Origin: Candidatus Bathyarchaeia archaeon
Lineage (GTDB): Archaea > Thermoproteota > Bathyarchaeia > Bathyarchaeales > Bathycorpusculaceae
Assembly: GCA_050012255.1 (NCBI GenBank)
Contig: JBEKHN010000009.1
Coordinates: 30,660-94,659, forward strand
DNA length: 64,000 nt
Reading direction: 5' to 3'
Shown: piece by piece, positions 20,037-29,436 of the stretch
Layout of the letters: each line of letters opens with the position of its first letter
How positions within the stretch are numbered: the stretch's first letter is position 1
Made by a program: the position numbers and the translations under genes
Notes under the pieces: generated by a model
Told to the model about the DNA's origin: nothing
Seen by the model: only the letters and a program-made list of their open reading frames with translations
Databases searched by the model: none

Positions 20037-21236
20037 TTGTCCAAGATTGCCGGCTACAGGCGTATCTTATCTTACGGTGTTCCGTTCGGAGCTCTTACTC
20101 GAAACGTTTGGCTAGTTTGCCTCTCATGTGTTATAGGCGCGTTCGGTGAGGGAATGTACTTTTGGGTTTTCCCTCTCTACATCAGACAATTGCATGCTGA
20201 TTATGTGCAACTAGGCTTAGTGTATTCCGTCCTTCTTGGTGTTTCAGCATTGGTCGGGCTGGCAGGCGGGCTGCTTGCTGATCGTTGTGACCGTAAGAAC
20301 TTGTTGATCTTAGGGTGGGTGTTGTGGATTTTCGCGCCACTGATTTATTCCTTCGCTGTGGAATGGCCACAGCTGATTCCTGGAGCCGTCTGTTGGGGTG
20401 CATCGAATATCGCTGGTCCCGCAATAAGTGCTTATGTCATTACGGCCGTCACAGATAAGAAGAGGGTCGCCACTGTTGTTACTTTCGTGTTCTCTACATT
20501 CACTTTCAGTTACATTTTTGCTCCCGCAGTTGGCGGTTACTTGTCGACGATTGCGGGGATGAGACCTGTGCTTTACCTCTCGACTTTGCTTATTGTTGTC
20601 TCCACCGGTGTCCTCTTCTTCATTGACAGCCAGTGCCCTTTGAAAAGAGGGCCAGATGAACATCATTCTCCTTTGGCTTTGGCAGAGAGAAAAGAACAGT
20701 TGCGAAAATTGCTTCTTTGGTCGTTCTTCCTTACATTGACAACCTTCTTCACGAGTCTTGTAAGAAATTTCGTGCCAGTCTTTCTTTCTGAAAAGGCCAG
20801 CTTGAGCGAATTCTATGTCGGATTGTTCGGATCTGTCAATTTTGCAGGCATGACCTTCGTTGGCATTACTTTGGGACGCTTAGGTGACAGGTGGAAGAAG
20901 TCAGGCGCCATAAGCATATCCTTGCTCTTCTTCATCGGTTCGATGGTGCCCATGCTTTTGGTTCGTGACCCGCCGATCTTGCTGCTTTTGGCGTTTGTTT
21001 ACGGAGGTTCAGCAGTCACGGGTTCCTTGGTGAGCTCTTTTGTAGGAACGATTGCACCTGAAACCAGACGGGGGCTGTGGCTATCCATTCCGCAGAGCTT
21101 GAGTTTGTTGGCGGCTTTCGCGGCACCTTACTTAGGAGGTTTTCTCTACACCTACTCGCCATATTATGCCTTCATTACTTCGATTGTTGCTGCACCTTTT
21201 CTATTGATATTTTCCATCCTCGTGTTGAAGGACTAA
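20037..21236 (+). CDS. MFS transporter
   Basis: GGLLADRCDRK and GRLGDRWKK motif A repeats, about 12 TM. Confidence 0.92.
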   Translation: MSKIAGYRRILSYGVPFGALTRNVWLVCLSCVIGAFGEGMYFWVFPLYIRQLHADYVQLGLVYSVLLGVSALVGLAGGLLADRCDRKNLLILGWVLWIFAPLIYSFAVEWPQLIPGAVCWGASNIAGPAISAYVITAVTDKKRVATVVTFVFSTFTFSYIFAPAVGGYLSTIAGMRPVLYLSTLLIVVSTGVLFFIDSQCPLKRGPDEHHSPLALAERKEQLRKLLLWSFFLTLTTFFTSLVRNFVPVFLSEKASLSEFYVGLFGSVNFAGMTFVGITLGRLGDRWKKSGAISISLLFFIGSMVPMLLVRDPPILLLLAFVYGGSAVTGSLVSSFVGTIAPETRRGLWLSIPQSLSLLAAFAAPYLGGFLYTYSPYYAFITSIVAAPFLLIFSILVLKD

Positions 21237-21322
21237 GCTTGGGCACGCACATTAGCCTGAATTTGAGACTGTCTTAAGAGCGTTGGCTTGTCCCTAAATT
21301 CGCAAAAAGCACGAATCTCAGA

Positions 21323-21370
21323 GCATATACATTTTGCATATACGTTTTGCATATACACTTTGCATATACA
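21323..21370 (+). repeat. Four tandem 13-bp repeats with core GCATATAC
   Basis: GCATATAC at 21323, 21336, 21349 and 21362, exact 13-bp period. Confidence 0.9.
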
Positions 21371-21480
21371 GCTGATGAGGATTGTTGAAAACGCTGAGGC
21401 TGTTCAGGTCGGATGCGGAGCTATGCGGGCTGTTAAAGTGCGCACGCACAATAAAGGGACAAGGCAGCGTGCTTCTGTGA

Positions 21481-21725
21481 TATTGGAAAGCGAGACCATG
21501 TTGTTATTAAATGAAGGACCTTCTAGAAGTCAAAGACTTTCTAGAATACGGCATTCAAAGCAGGAGAACACACATAGACATGGACTGAACATCATTTGAA
21601 TCTAGAAGCGGTAATTTCATGGCAAGGTAGGCGAAACAGAAGTAGAGATGAAGGAATTGCTTGAGGAAGGCTTTGAATACGTTTGCTGAAAGGATAACTT
21701 GATATTCTTGAGAAAACCAAAATGA
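21481..21725 (+). pseudogene. Degenerate C-terminal fragment of a tyrosine recombinase/integrase
   Basis: Frameshifted pieces YWKA/TML, KDLLEVKDFL, HSKQENT and ELLEEGFEYVC*KDNLIFLRKPK* resemble the box II region and tail of archaeal tRNA-adjacent integrases; ends 42 bp before tRNA-His. Confidence 0.7.
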
Positions 21726-21767
21726 ACGAGAATCTAACAGAAAAGCATAAGAAGTCAACAAAAAAGC

Positions 21768-21844
21768 GGCCGGGGTGAGGTAGCTTGGTAGCCCATAGGC
21801 CTGTGGAGCCTAGCGCCCGGGTTCAAATCCCGGCCCCGGCCCCA
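21768..21844 (+). tRNA. tRNA-His (GTG) with encoded G-1 and CCA
   Basis: Acceptor GCCGGGG/CCCCGGC, anticodon arm TAGGC-CTGTGGA-GCCTA, T arm CCGGG-TTCAAAT-CCCGG, C73 discriminator. Confidence 0.96.
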
Positions 21845-21974
21845 CATATTCTCTTGAGAGAAGCATAAATCAGGGCACGCGAAATAGAACTCTCGGGATC
21901 GTTTTTGGGAGGTGGACAGTCACAGTTGCCTGCGTGTCCTCGGAGGAGAGTGGACTCGGTTTTTTATCTTCTCG

Positions 21975-22220
21975 CTATGCTCTTCTCACTATGTTCCATC
22001 CGGCCAATGCGCCGAGGATGTCAACCACTGCCATGATGATTGTGAGGTATTGCCACATCGACTTTTCTTTGAATAGGTCTTCTGCTGCGAATGAAAGGAT
22101 TATTGCAGCAACTCCTACGTATAACCCAATTGAGAAGAAGCCGATGAGGAAGAATCCCAACACGCTCAGCACAAAAGAAACGAATGAATACCTGCTTGTA
22201 CCCTCTTCGCCGTATCCCAT
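21975..22220 (-). CDS. Small membrane protein
   Basis: 81 aa with 2-3 hydrophobic helices; GAGGAG RBS. Confidence 0.7.
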   Translation of the reverse strand: MGYGEEGTSRYSFVSFVLSVLGFFLIGFFSIGLYVGVAAIILSFAAEDLFKEKSMWQYLTIIMAVVDILGALAGWNIVRRA

Positions 22221-22353
22221 AGACGTCTCCTCATAGCTTGGAAGTCGTTTCTCACAACCAATAAATAAAGGTGTCGCAAGGCACCAACACAGCTCTCTCT
22301 AAGAGCCTTGGGAAAACACTTCAAAACGTAAGTCTAGCGGGGTGCTGAAATCT

Positions 22354-23337
22354 TCATATTGGAGGTTTCACGTGCTTCTTGTTCTCATCCCTGGACTTCA
22401 TCCAGGTTTCAAACTCTTTGGACGGCGGGTCTTCGTTGAAAAGCCTTTTCCTCGAAGCTTCAAGCAAAGCACTCTTTTTCCCCAAGAATTCGGCCGCAGT
22501 CTGGAGCGTGACCCCTGACTTGTAAGTATCGTAGAGTATGTTGATCGTGTCTTCTTGCCAGTTTTCGTCTCGCAGAACATGATGGTCAAGGATCACGTTT
22601 GGAATTTTTTTCACGATTTCATTCAAGTTTTTGAGCCCAGTTTGAAGTTCGTTTTCGCCGACCTTCAAGGCAGAAAGGTAGAGGGGTGGCCCTCCGATCA
22701 TCAACAACTGGGGGTTTTCATTGATGATAGTTTGGAGCGTGCGGGCGGACATCGGCCCTTGGACATCTGGAGCGAAAAGGAACTTCTCATCCTGTGACAC
22801 AATCGTTGTCATCAGCACCCATCCTAGCTCCGAGTTTTGTGGTCCGTGGAAAACCGGTTCGGAAAACTTCACTTTCGTGGCGCCAAACGTAAAGGTTTTG
22901 CCATCTGCGTTTTCGATCTTCTCTGCATACTTGCCGCCCGTCTTGCTGAACATCCAAGCTCTTTCCCGTTGGCTGTAGTTGATTTGCTCCCGAGGATTCT
23001 TCACTAGAACGGTCTTGTTCTCATAGATCTGTCTGGCAGTCTCACCAGCATCTGTCCAGTTGACGAGCCAGTCCTCGAAGGAAGGCGTGTGATGGTCGTA
23101 ATGGTAGTGGCTTATGGTGACGACGTCAGCCTTCTCTGCGGCCCGCGCGATTTTTCTGCGACTCTCAACTATTGCTTTAAACTCTTTGGGATGAGGAGGG
23201 AGGCCGAAACGGTTTGGACACAGTGAAACGCCGGCGTCCAAGAGAATCCGCGTGTCAGGCGTTTCAACGTATGTGCACATGGACCTCACTCCGAGACTTT
23301 CGGCGGCCAACGGAACGACGCGAATCCTTCTTAGCAT
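22354..23337 (-). CDS. Metallo-beta-lactamase-fold hydrolase, UPF0282 family
   Basis: AAESLGVRSM, SHYHYDH, PVFHG, DVQGP, DHHVLRD. Confidence 0.9.
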   Translation of the reverse strand: MLRRIRVVPLAAESLGVRSMCTYVETPDTRILLDAGVSLCPNRFGLPPHPKEFKAIVESRRKIARAAEKADVVTISHYHYDHHTPSFEDWLVNWTDAGETARQIYENKTVLVKNPREQINYSQRERAWMFSKTGGKYAEKIENADGKTFTFGATKVKFSEPVFHGPQNSELGWVLMTTIVSQDEKFLFAPDVQGPMSARTLQTIINENPQLLMIGGPPLYLSALKVGENELQTGLKNLNEIVKKIPNVILDHHVLRDENWQEDTINILYDTYKSGVTLQTAAEFLGKKSALLEASRKRLFNEDPPSKEFETWMKSRDENKKHVKPPI

Positions 23338-23522
23338 CAGGTCTCACAAGCTTGGTGCGATGCGTATAAGCTTTTTATGCGGGATACTTTTAGCTTTGCG
23401 TGGCGGGCGATGAAGACTCTGGCCCCATGAACTCAAAATGATTGTGATCTTGAGTGCGGAGCCCGCTTCTGGACGAAGCAACCGCTCACGGCTGAAGCAG
23501 TCTGAAGGAAGGAACGAACTGC

Positions 23523-23540
23523 GTTGATGCTTTTGTATAC
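23523..23540 (+). repeat. Dispersed 18-bp motif, copy 2
   Basis: GTTGATGCTTTTGTATAC, identical to 25145-25162. Confidence 0.8.
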
Positions 23541-23606
23541 GAAACAACGTTTCTGTGGCAAAAAATTAAGAAATTGAGCCTTTGTCACATGGGCATAGTG
23601 CGTTTC

Positions 23607-24188
23607 CTATTTTTCTTCAGGCGGCTTTTTCCAGATCTCAAGCATCTTCTTCTTCAGTTGTCTTCGCTTTCTCTGCAGAAACCTGTAGACTGTGGCGTGC
23701 ATGCTGCCCCTTATGAGCATTTCAATCGCTTCTCTTGCCACTTGAGCCTGTTCTAACGTGCCGATTATGCCTACTGTGTGCCCGTAGACAGCAATATTAG
23801 TGTCTGTTAGTTCTTCGATTATCATGCGGGTCTTGCCGTTCATTCCGATTATTCTTCCTTTGACACGGATGATGTCTGCCTCAGACTTTCCGAAAACGGT
23901 CCTCAGGTCCAAAATGTCTAGAACGGCTTCTTCGTCGCGAATCAGTCGAAAGGCATGCTCGGGTGAAAATCCTCTTCCAACAGCCGTGATAACGTCTTTT
24001 GCCCTGAAAAGCATAGATGGGTCGGTGACGTTTTCACCCATCACCACGGTGACGTCGCCGGTTTCGCTGTCAATTTGAAGTTCCACTGAGAGCTTTTCCT
24101 CAATGCTCTTTTTTATGGTTCCCTGAGGGCCGATCAATGCACCTACGCGTTCTTTGGGGATTTTTATGAACGTGTTAGCCCTCGCCAC
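23607..24188 (-). CDS. dim2: KH-domain pre-rRNA processing protein (Dim2/Pno1-like)
   Basis: RVGALIGPQG, GRGFSPE, KGRIIG..GKT; coupled to rio1. Confidence 0.92.
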   Translation of the reverse strand: MARANTFIKIPKERVGALIGPQGTIKKSIEEKLSVELQIDSETGDVTVVMGENVTDPSMLFRAKDVITAVGRGFSPEHAFRLIRDEEAVLDILDLRTVFGKSEADIIRVKGRIIGMNGKTRMIIEELTDTNIAVYGHTVGIIGTLEQAQVAREAIEMLIRGSMHATVYRFLQRKRRQLKKKMLEIWKKPPEEK

Positions 24189-24981
24189 GACCAGTCACCC
24201 TCCTGTAGGAGTCTTCGACCGACGGAACCTTAACGCCTAAGCGGCTGAAATACTTGTTGAGATTAGTCAGGTCTCTGCGAAGAAGATAACTTGCCATGGG
24301 GTGCACAAGGGGAACAGCCTGGGACACGTCGAACAACACTGTCCGTCCTCTCCAGCTCATTATGTTGTACTCGCTCAGGTCTCCGTGGACTAGTTTAGCC
24401 TTGCGGTACAGCCTCTCCAGATAGGTCATGAGCGTCTCGTAGACTTTCGCGGGGTTTTTAGGGGTCTTCTCTTTGAATGATGGCGCGCCTTCGCCGTTTT
24501 CGCCTATGAACTCCATGATGAGCACATTGTTCTTCACGGCGATCGGTCTTGGCACCCTTACCTTGGCTCGTGTGGCCAGCTCCAGATTTTTGAACTCTTT
24601 CTGGGCCCAAGCGAAAATCAAAGAGCGGGTGTCATGTCTCACTCCTTGAAAGCGAGGATCTCCCTCAATGTACTTTAATAAGCCTTTTCGGAACTCTCGG
24701 GACACGACAAGGTAGATCTTTATCGCCAGCTCCTTTCCTTCTTTGTCTTTTCCCCAGTAGACCCTCGACTCCTTTCCGGCCTTGACAACGCCGTGAATCT
24801 CATCTATGTTCCCCTTGTTCATGAATTCGTAGATTACCATGAGCGTGGACTTGTCGAAAACCTCTTCCATAACCGCTCTTTCGGATGAAAAGTCTTTGGT
24901 TAGCATCCGCTGATCGCGCTCGGAGCGCTGCTCTTTCCTCGTAAGCTTGTCTTCAGCTCTCTGCGATCGCTGCCTGCTCAT
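24175..24981 (-). CDS. rio1: RIO1 serine/threonine kinase
   Basis: GKESRVY, AIKIY, WAQKEFKNL, LVHGDLSEYN, FDVSQAV. Confidence 0.95.
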   Translation of the reverse strand: MSRQRSQRAEDKLTRKEQRSERDQRMLTKDFSSERAVMEEVFDKSTLMVIYEFMNKGNIDEIHGVVKAGKESRVYWGKDKEGKELAIKIYLVVSREFRKGLLKYIEGDPRFQGVRHDTRSLIFAWAQKEFKNLELATRAKVRVPRPIAVKNNVLIMEFIGENGEGAPSFKEKTPKNPAKVYETLMTYLERLYRKAKLVHGDLSEYNIMSWRGRTVLFDVSQAVPLVHPMASYLLRRDLTNLNKYFSRLGVKVPSVEDSYRRVTGRGEG

Positions 24982-25039
24982 CCAATTCCCTTTTTTTCTG
25001 TTTGATATTACCGCTCTTGGTTTATATTAATATTGATGG

Positions 25040-25081
25040 GAAAAGCCTATGAGGTCACTAAATAGTGGCCGGGGTGAGGTA
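25040..25081 (+). repeat. Degenerate duplicate of tRNA-His upstream region plus first 15 nt
   Basis: GAAAAGCCTATGAGGTCACTAAATAGT-GGCCGGGGTGAGGTA versus GAAAAGCATAAGAAGTCAACAAAAAAGC-GGCCGGGGTGAGGTA at 21740-21782. Confidence 0.75.
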
Positions 25082-25144
25082 ATCCGGGCAACGATGGTGA
25101 CGTCTCCACTTTCTTTCGCACAATTCCCTTTTTTAGTGTGTTTG

Positions 25145-25162
25145 GTTGATGCTTTTGTATAC
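25145..25162 (+). repeat. Dispersed 18-bp motif, copy 3
   Basis: GTTGATGCTTTTGTATAC. Confidence 0.8.
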
Positions 25163-25469
25163 AGAGTCAAAGAACAATTCTGAGAATGCCCCATGCCGTT
25201 GGATTTGGGTTTGGACAAGACTTTGCTCCTAAGACCAAACGGGTTCAGGTCCAAACGCTTTTTTCATTATATGGTACCCATATAGGCCATCACAAATATG
25301 ATTGCGATCTGGAATATCGTCTGGCTGCCAGCGAAGTAGAAGTTTCGCATGCCAAGTTTCACAATCTTCTCTTTGTCTGGGCTTGGCTTCCTGAGCTCGA
25401 GAAAGATGCGAACCTCGTTGGGCATTATCAGACCAAAGCGCGCGCGCTATCAGACTACGAGAATTACGG

Positions 25470-28400
25470 CTAGTGTGGCTTGAAGTGGGCGGACTGTATT
25501 ATGGCGTCGTAAATGTCCACAATGCCGTCGCTGTTGATGTCTGCGTTGGGGTTCCAGTTCGAGTTGCCAGGTTTTGTGTTGAACGCTGCACTCAATAGGA
25601 TGGCATCGTAGATGTCAACTGTGTGATCACCGTTTATGTCGCCTGGCATCGTCACAGTAATCGAGGTGTAATAGTTGTTGTCGCTGGTGTCCGTTTCGTT
25701 AGGAACTGGCCCAGCGTGTATGCTCAAAGCGTGTATGCTCAACGTGTAATTGCCATAACTCAAGCCAGCAGTGCTGAGTGAAAAAGCGACGACTGTTGCG
25801 TTTCTAATCGTTAATGTTAACGTCTGCGTTTGATTTGGTGCAGGATCTGCTTTCAGCGTTATGTTGAAGATTTCTAGTTGTTCTCCGTAGTTCAGCACTA
25901 CTGCGGTTATGTTTACAGGGTAGCCTTGTCCCACAAACGTTTTTGATAGGTTAACGCTTGTTATTCCTATGTCGTGTGGACCAGCGTAGGGTTTCATCAG
26001 CGGATAGTGATCTATGTTGCTGCTGTCAATGAAGTTCTCGGTGTCTCCTATACCATCAATGCTGGTCTCATTCTGGGACTCGCCTTTGCGCAAGTCTACT
26101 CCAGCGTAGTTGATCCAATAGTTTCCGCCAGAAGGATAACCGTTGTCCCACAGGTTTGTGGAATTGTAGCACAGAGCTTCCACGTTGCCTCCCATGAAGT
26201 TATTATGGTAAACTGTGTTGTTGCTCGAACCGATGATCTCAATGCTTATGCCGTTTGCCACCAAATTGTTTGCAGAAATCCTGTTACGATCAGAAGAGTA
26301 AAGCACGATGCCGTCCTGATAATTTTCAGCAACGCTATTTTCACTTACAGTGCTGTTTGTCGTAAATGCGAACAGTATGCCTTGAACGTTTTTTGTTATG
26401 TTCAGTTGCGCCACGGTGATGTTAACGGAATTGACTACAGCTACGTATCCTGCGTCTTCTGGAACTTGCTTGTCAAGTTGATTTATCCAGTAGTACACGG
26501 GCCTCCCATCCACAGTGTTCGACGTGTTTACGTCATTAACGAGATCGACGAGTTGCGTGCCTGTTACGCCAAAGTTGAATTGGTTGGAGGTCATATTGCA
26601 ACTTCTGAGAGAATTGTTTCCAGACATCTCCAGAAGCACACCATAAGTGTTGTAGAGTGCGTTTACATTGCTCGCGGCGTTGTTGTATGATGTCACCATG
26701 TCAAGACCGAAACTGTTGTTGGACAGGGTGCTGAACGCAACTGTATTGTTATTGGAAGAAGCTAAGTAAATGCCCTCTTCATTGTTACTGAGTGAAGTGT
26801 CTGTAACGCTGTTGTTCATTGACTCATAGAGATGAATGCCAAAACCATTGTCTGATGCGTTTACGTTCTGTATGGAAGAATCAACGGTATAGGCAAACAA
26901 AACGCCCTCGGAATTTCCAGATAGATTCGCGTCCTTTACGCTTATGTTTGTTGAGTTCACTACGGCTACGTAACCAGCATCCGTGGGAACGTTGTTGTCC
27001 CGTTGATTAACTAAATAGTAGATAGGCTTGCCGTTGACGGTGTTTGAAGAATCTATGTCTTGGATAAAATCCATGATAGATTCACCGTACAAGTCGAAGT
27101 TGTACGTATTATTGGTAACAGCATTGTTGCGCGCAATCGTGCTTGGGGAGAACACCAAGAAAATCCCGTAGGTGTTGTTGAGTATCAAAGTGTTGTTAAT
27201 CGTGTTGGCGTTGGACCCAAGCAGCAATACGCCCGCGTTGTCCTTACCGCCGTTTTGAATGGTGAAATTGTCTACTTTCACGTCATCTGCGGTTACAGAG
27301 ACAACGTTGTCTCTTCCGCCTCCGTCAATAATAGTGCTGTTTCGATTCTCTCCGACCAGCGTCAAACCTGACGTTACGATTTGGATGGTTTCACGATAGG
27401 TTCCCGAGGCCACGAAGATCGTGTCCCCCCCGTTGGCTGCGTTTACCGCGCGTTGGATCGTGCTGTAGTCATTTGGCACCCTGATAACCCGTGGAGAGTT
27501 GCACGTAACTTCCGTGGGGAAGGCGTTATTTCCGATGGAGGTCTCACCTGTAACGGGTAACACGCATGTTGTCACATTGTACATGCCTTCAACCGTTGCG
27601 TTCCATGAGAGGCTCACCATTCTTGATGCACCACTTGTCAGGAACCCGATGGCAGAAGAATCAGCGAGAGTGCCGTTGACGAGCAACTCGACTGTTATGT
27701 TGCTTTCGTCGTTGCTTCCCATGTTGAGTATAGTGGTGTTTACGGTTGGTTGCGTACCAAGCTGAACGTATGAAGAGGTTCTCATTCTTAAGACGAGCAG
27801 ATCATGGTCAAGCGGAGCTTGTTCCACTGCCTTTCTTGCGTTGATTCTTCCAAATCCGTAGTAAACGTCAAAGCCTGGGGCGCCTAAGTCGTCTGCAGTG
27901 TATTGCAGTTGAGCCCACACTTGATCTCGGGTCATGTTTAGAAACCTGCTCCAAATCAACGCTGCAACCCCGGCGACATGAGGACTTGCCATTGAGGTGC
28001 CGCTCAAGTACACGTACGAGTTGTTGATCCATGTTGAGTATATGTGGACCCCGGGTGCGGCAACATCGACCCAGCCTCCATAGTTGCTGAAGCCGGCCAA
28101 GCTGTCTTGCATGTTGGTAGCAGAAACGGCCACGACTTCATCATAACCGGCCGGGTATTGCTTAACATTTGAAGCGCTGTTTCCTGCCGCGGCAACCACC
28201 AGCACACCGTGGTCGAAGGCGTATCTCACCGCTTCGTACATCGTTTGAGTGTTGAAAGTGGCGCCCAAGCTTAGGTTAATAATTTTTGCCCCGTTGTCCA
28301 CAGCGTGTATAATTCCCTCAGCGATGTCACTCGCTGTTCCACTCCCATACTGGTCCAAAACCTTTTCAGCCATGATCCTGACGTTCGCTAAACCAGCGAT

Positions 28401-29243
28401 GCCTATGCTGTTGTTAATTGCAGCGGCTATCGTTCCTGCAACGTGGGTCCCATGTCCGTTGTCATCCATGGGATCTGGATCTTTGTTCACCCAGTCGTAT
28501 CCCAGCGGAACGTAGTTCGGAGCAATGTCAGGGTGACTCCAATAAATTCCTGTGTCAACAACTGCCACAAGCATCGAAGCGTTGCCCGTTGTTGTATTCC
28601 ACGCATAGTCAGCCTGTATTTTGGCTGGTCCCCATTGGTTTAGCCAGTAGGGATCGTTTGGAGTGAAGTCAGCCTTGAACTTCACGTCTGGCTCGATGTA
28701 TCTTGCCCACCTTGACAGTTCGGCTCTCGACACAAAAGTGGATACAGTGTCAACGGGGACCCTGATGACAAGAGCCGAGGTCTTTCTGTCCATCACAAGA
28801 GTTTCCGCGAGCTTGCCTCCGCTGTTCGCAATGAGGTCTATTAAGTCAGAATAATGGTTCTTTTCGGCATCGTTAAGCCCAATCACCAACTCTGCTGAAC
28901 CGTTGTCAATCCAATCAGAATTATTCCAGCCGGATGTGCTAAAGGTGTCTGATGTGCCCGTATCCATGAATGGCGGATAAACATTGTTCGTCGATTTTGT
29001 GTTTAATCCCTTCTGGGCAGCAGTCTTCATGGTTTGTGCTGACTCATATCCGGTCCAAACGCCGTCAGAATTTGCGGCATCTCCCATAAACGTGGCGTAT
29101 TGCATCATCGGCACGCCTGCCGACCCACCATAGGACAAGGTCCACGGTTTAGACTGTAGCTCTGACTGAACGCTGGATATGAGAGGGAGGATCTCCATCA
29201 GCAAAATCAGAATCAGAACAAGAAGTCGTTTCTTCAACCTCAC
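25470..29243 (-). CDS. Secreted S8 subtilase with CARDB/Ig, NosD-like beta-helix and C-terminal dockerin-like domains
   Basis: Signal peptide; VAVVDTG, GHGTHVAG, GTSMASPH triad; TIQRAVNAA..GD and Asn-rich PbH1 repeats; GDINGD..VDIYD x2. Confidence 0.92.
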   Translation of the reverse strand: MRLKKRLLVLILILLMEILPLISSVQSELQSKPWTLSYGGSAGVPMMQYATFMGDAANSDGVWTGYESAQTMKTAAQKGLNTKSTNNVYPPFMDTGTSDTFSTSGWNNSDWIDNGSAELVIGLNDAEKNHYSDLIDLIANSGGKLAETLVMDRKTSALVIRVPVDTVSTFVSRAELSRWARYIEPDVKFKADFTPNDPYWLNQWGPAKIQADYAWNTTTGNASMLVAVVDTGIYWSHPDIAPNYVPLGYDWVNKDPDPMDDNGHGTHVAGTIAAAINNSIGIAGLANVRIMAEKVLDQYGSGTASDIAEGIIHAVDNGAKIINLSLGATFNTQTMYEAVRYAFDHGVLVVAAAGNSASNVKQYPAGYDEVVAVSATNMQDSLAGFSNYGGWVDVAAPGVHIYSTWINNSYVYLSGTSMASPHVAGVAALIWSRFLNMTRDQVWAQLQYTADDLGAPGFDVYYGFGRINARKAVEQAPLDHDLLVLRMRTSSYVQLGTQPTVNTTILNMGSNDESNITVELLVNGTLADSSAIGFLTSGASRMVSLSWNATVEGMYNVTTCVLPVTGETSIGNNAFPTEVTCNSPRVIRVPNDYSTIQRAVNAANGGDTIFVASGTYRETIQIVTSGLTLVGENRNSTIIDGGGRDNVVSVTADDVKVDNFTIQNGGKDNAGVLLLGSNANTINNTLILNNTYGIFLVFSPSTIARNNAVTNNTYNFDLYGESIMDFIQDIDSSNTVNGKPIYYLVNQRDNNVPTDAGYVAVVNSTNISVKDANLSGNSEGVLFAYTVDSSIQNVNASDNGFGIHLYESMNNSVTDTSLSNNEEGIYLASSNNNTVAFSTLSNNSFGLDMVTSYNNAASNVNALYNTYGVLLEMSGNNSLRSCNMTSNQFNFGVTGTQLVDLVNDVNTSNTVDGRPVYYWINQLDKQVPEDAGYVAVVNSVNITVAQLNITKNVQGILFAFTTNSTVSENSVAENYQDGIVLYSSDRNRISANNLVANGISIEIIGSSNNTVYHNNFMGGNVEALCYNSTNLWDNGYPSGGNYWINYAGVDLRKGESQNETSIDGIGDTENFIDSSNIDHYPLMKPYAGPHDIGITSVNLSKTFVGQGYPVNITAVVLNYGEQLEIFNITLKADPAPNQTQTLTLTIRNATVVAFSLSTAGLSYGNYTLSIHALSIHAGPVPNETDTSDNNYYTSITVTMPGDINGDHTVDIYDAILLSAAFNTKPGNSNWNPNADINSDGIVDIYDAIIQSAHFKPH

Positions 29244-29436
29244 CTTTCCCAGTCTTAGAATGTGCTAACCGCAAAATATAAGTCTTATAAAAATCGTGTT
29301 GCGCTGCTACTCAACGGTCAAATCTGTCTGGGCTGGATGACCAGACTTGGCCCACTTCTTTAAGAGTTTGTCTACGGGCTTTCTTCGACTCCAAAATGGT
29401 CGAGAGAAGGGGCGAGCGAGAGCCTGTCTATTTGTC

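Noticed and set aside
21323-21370. Possible CRISPR array
   Set aside because: 13-bp period, no unique spacers, no cas genes
21687-21689. In-frame TGA in integrase tail as possible selenocysteine recoding
   Set aside because: Surrounded by frameshifts; simple pseudogene decay explains it
21768-25081. Intact mobile element bounded by the two tRNA-His 5' repeats
   Set aside because: Interval contains core genes (rio1, KH protein, UPF0282) and no mobility gene
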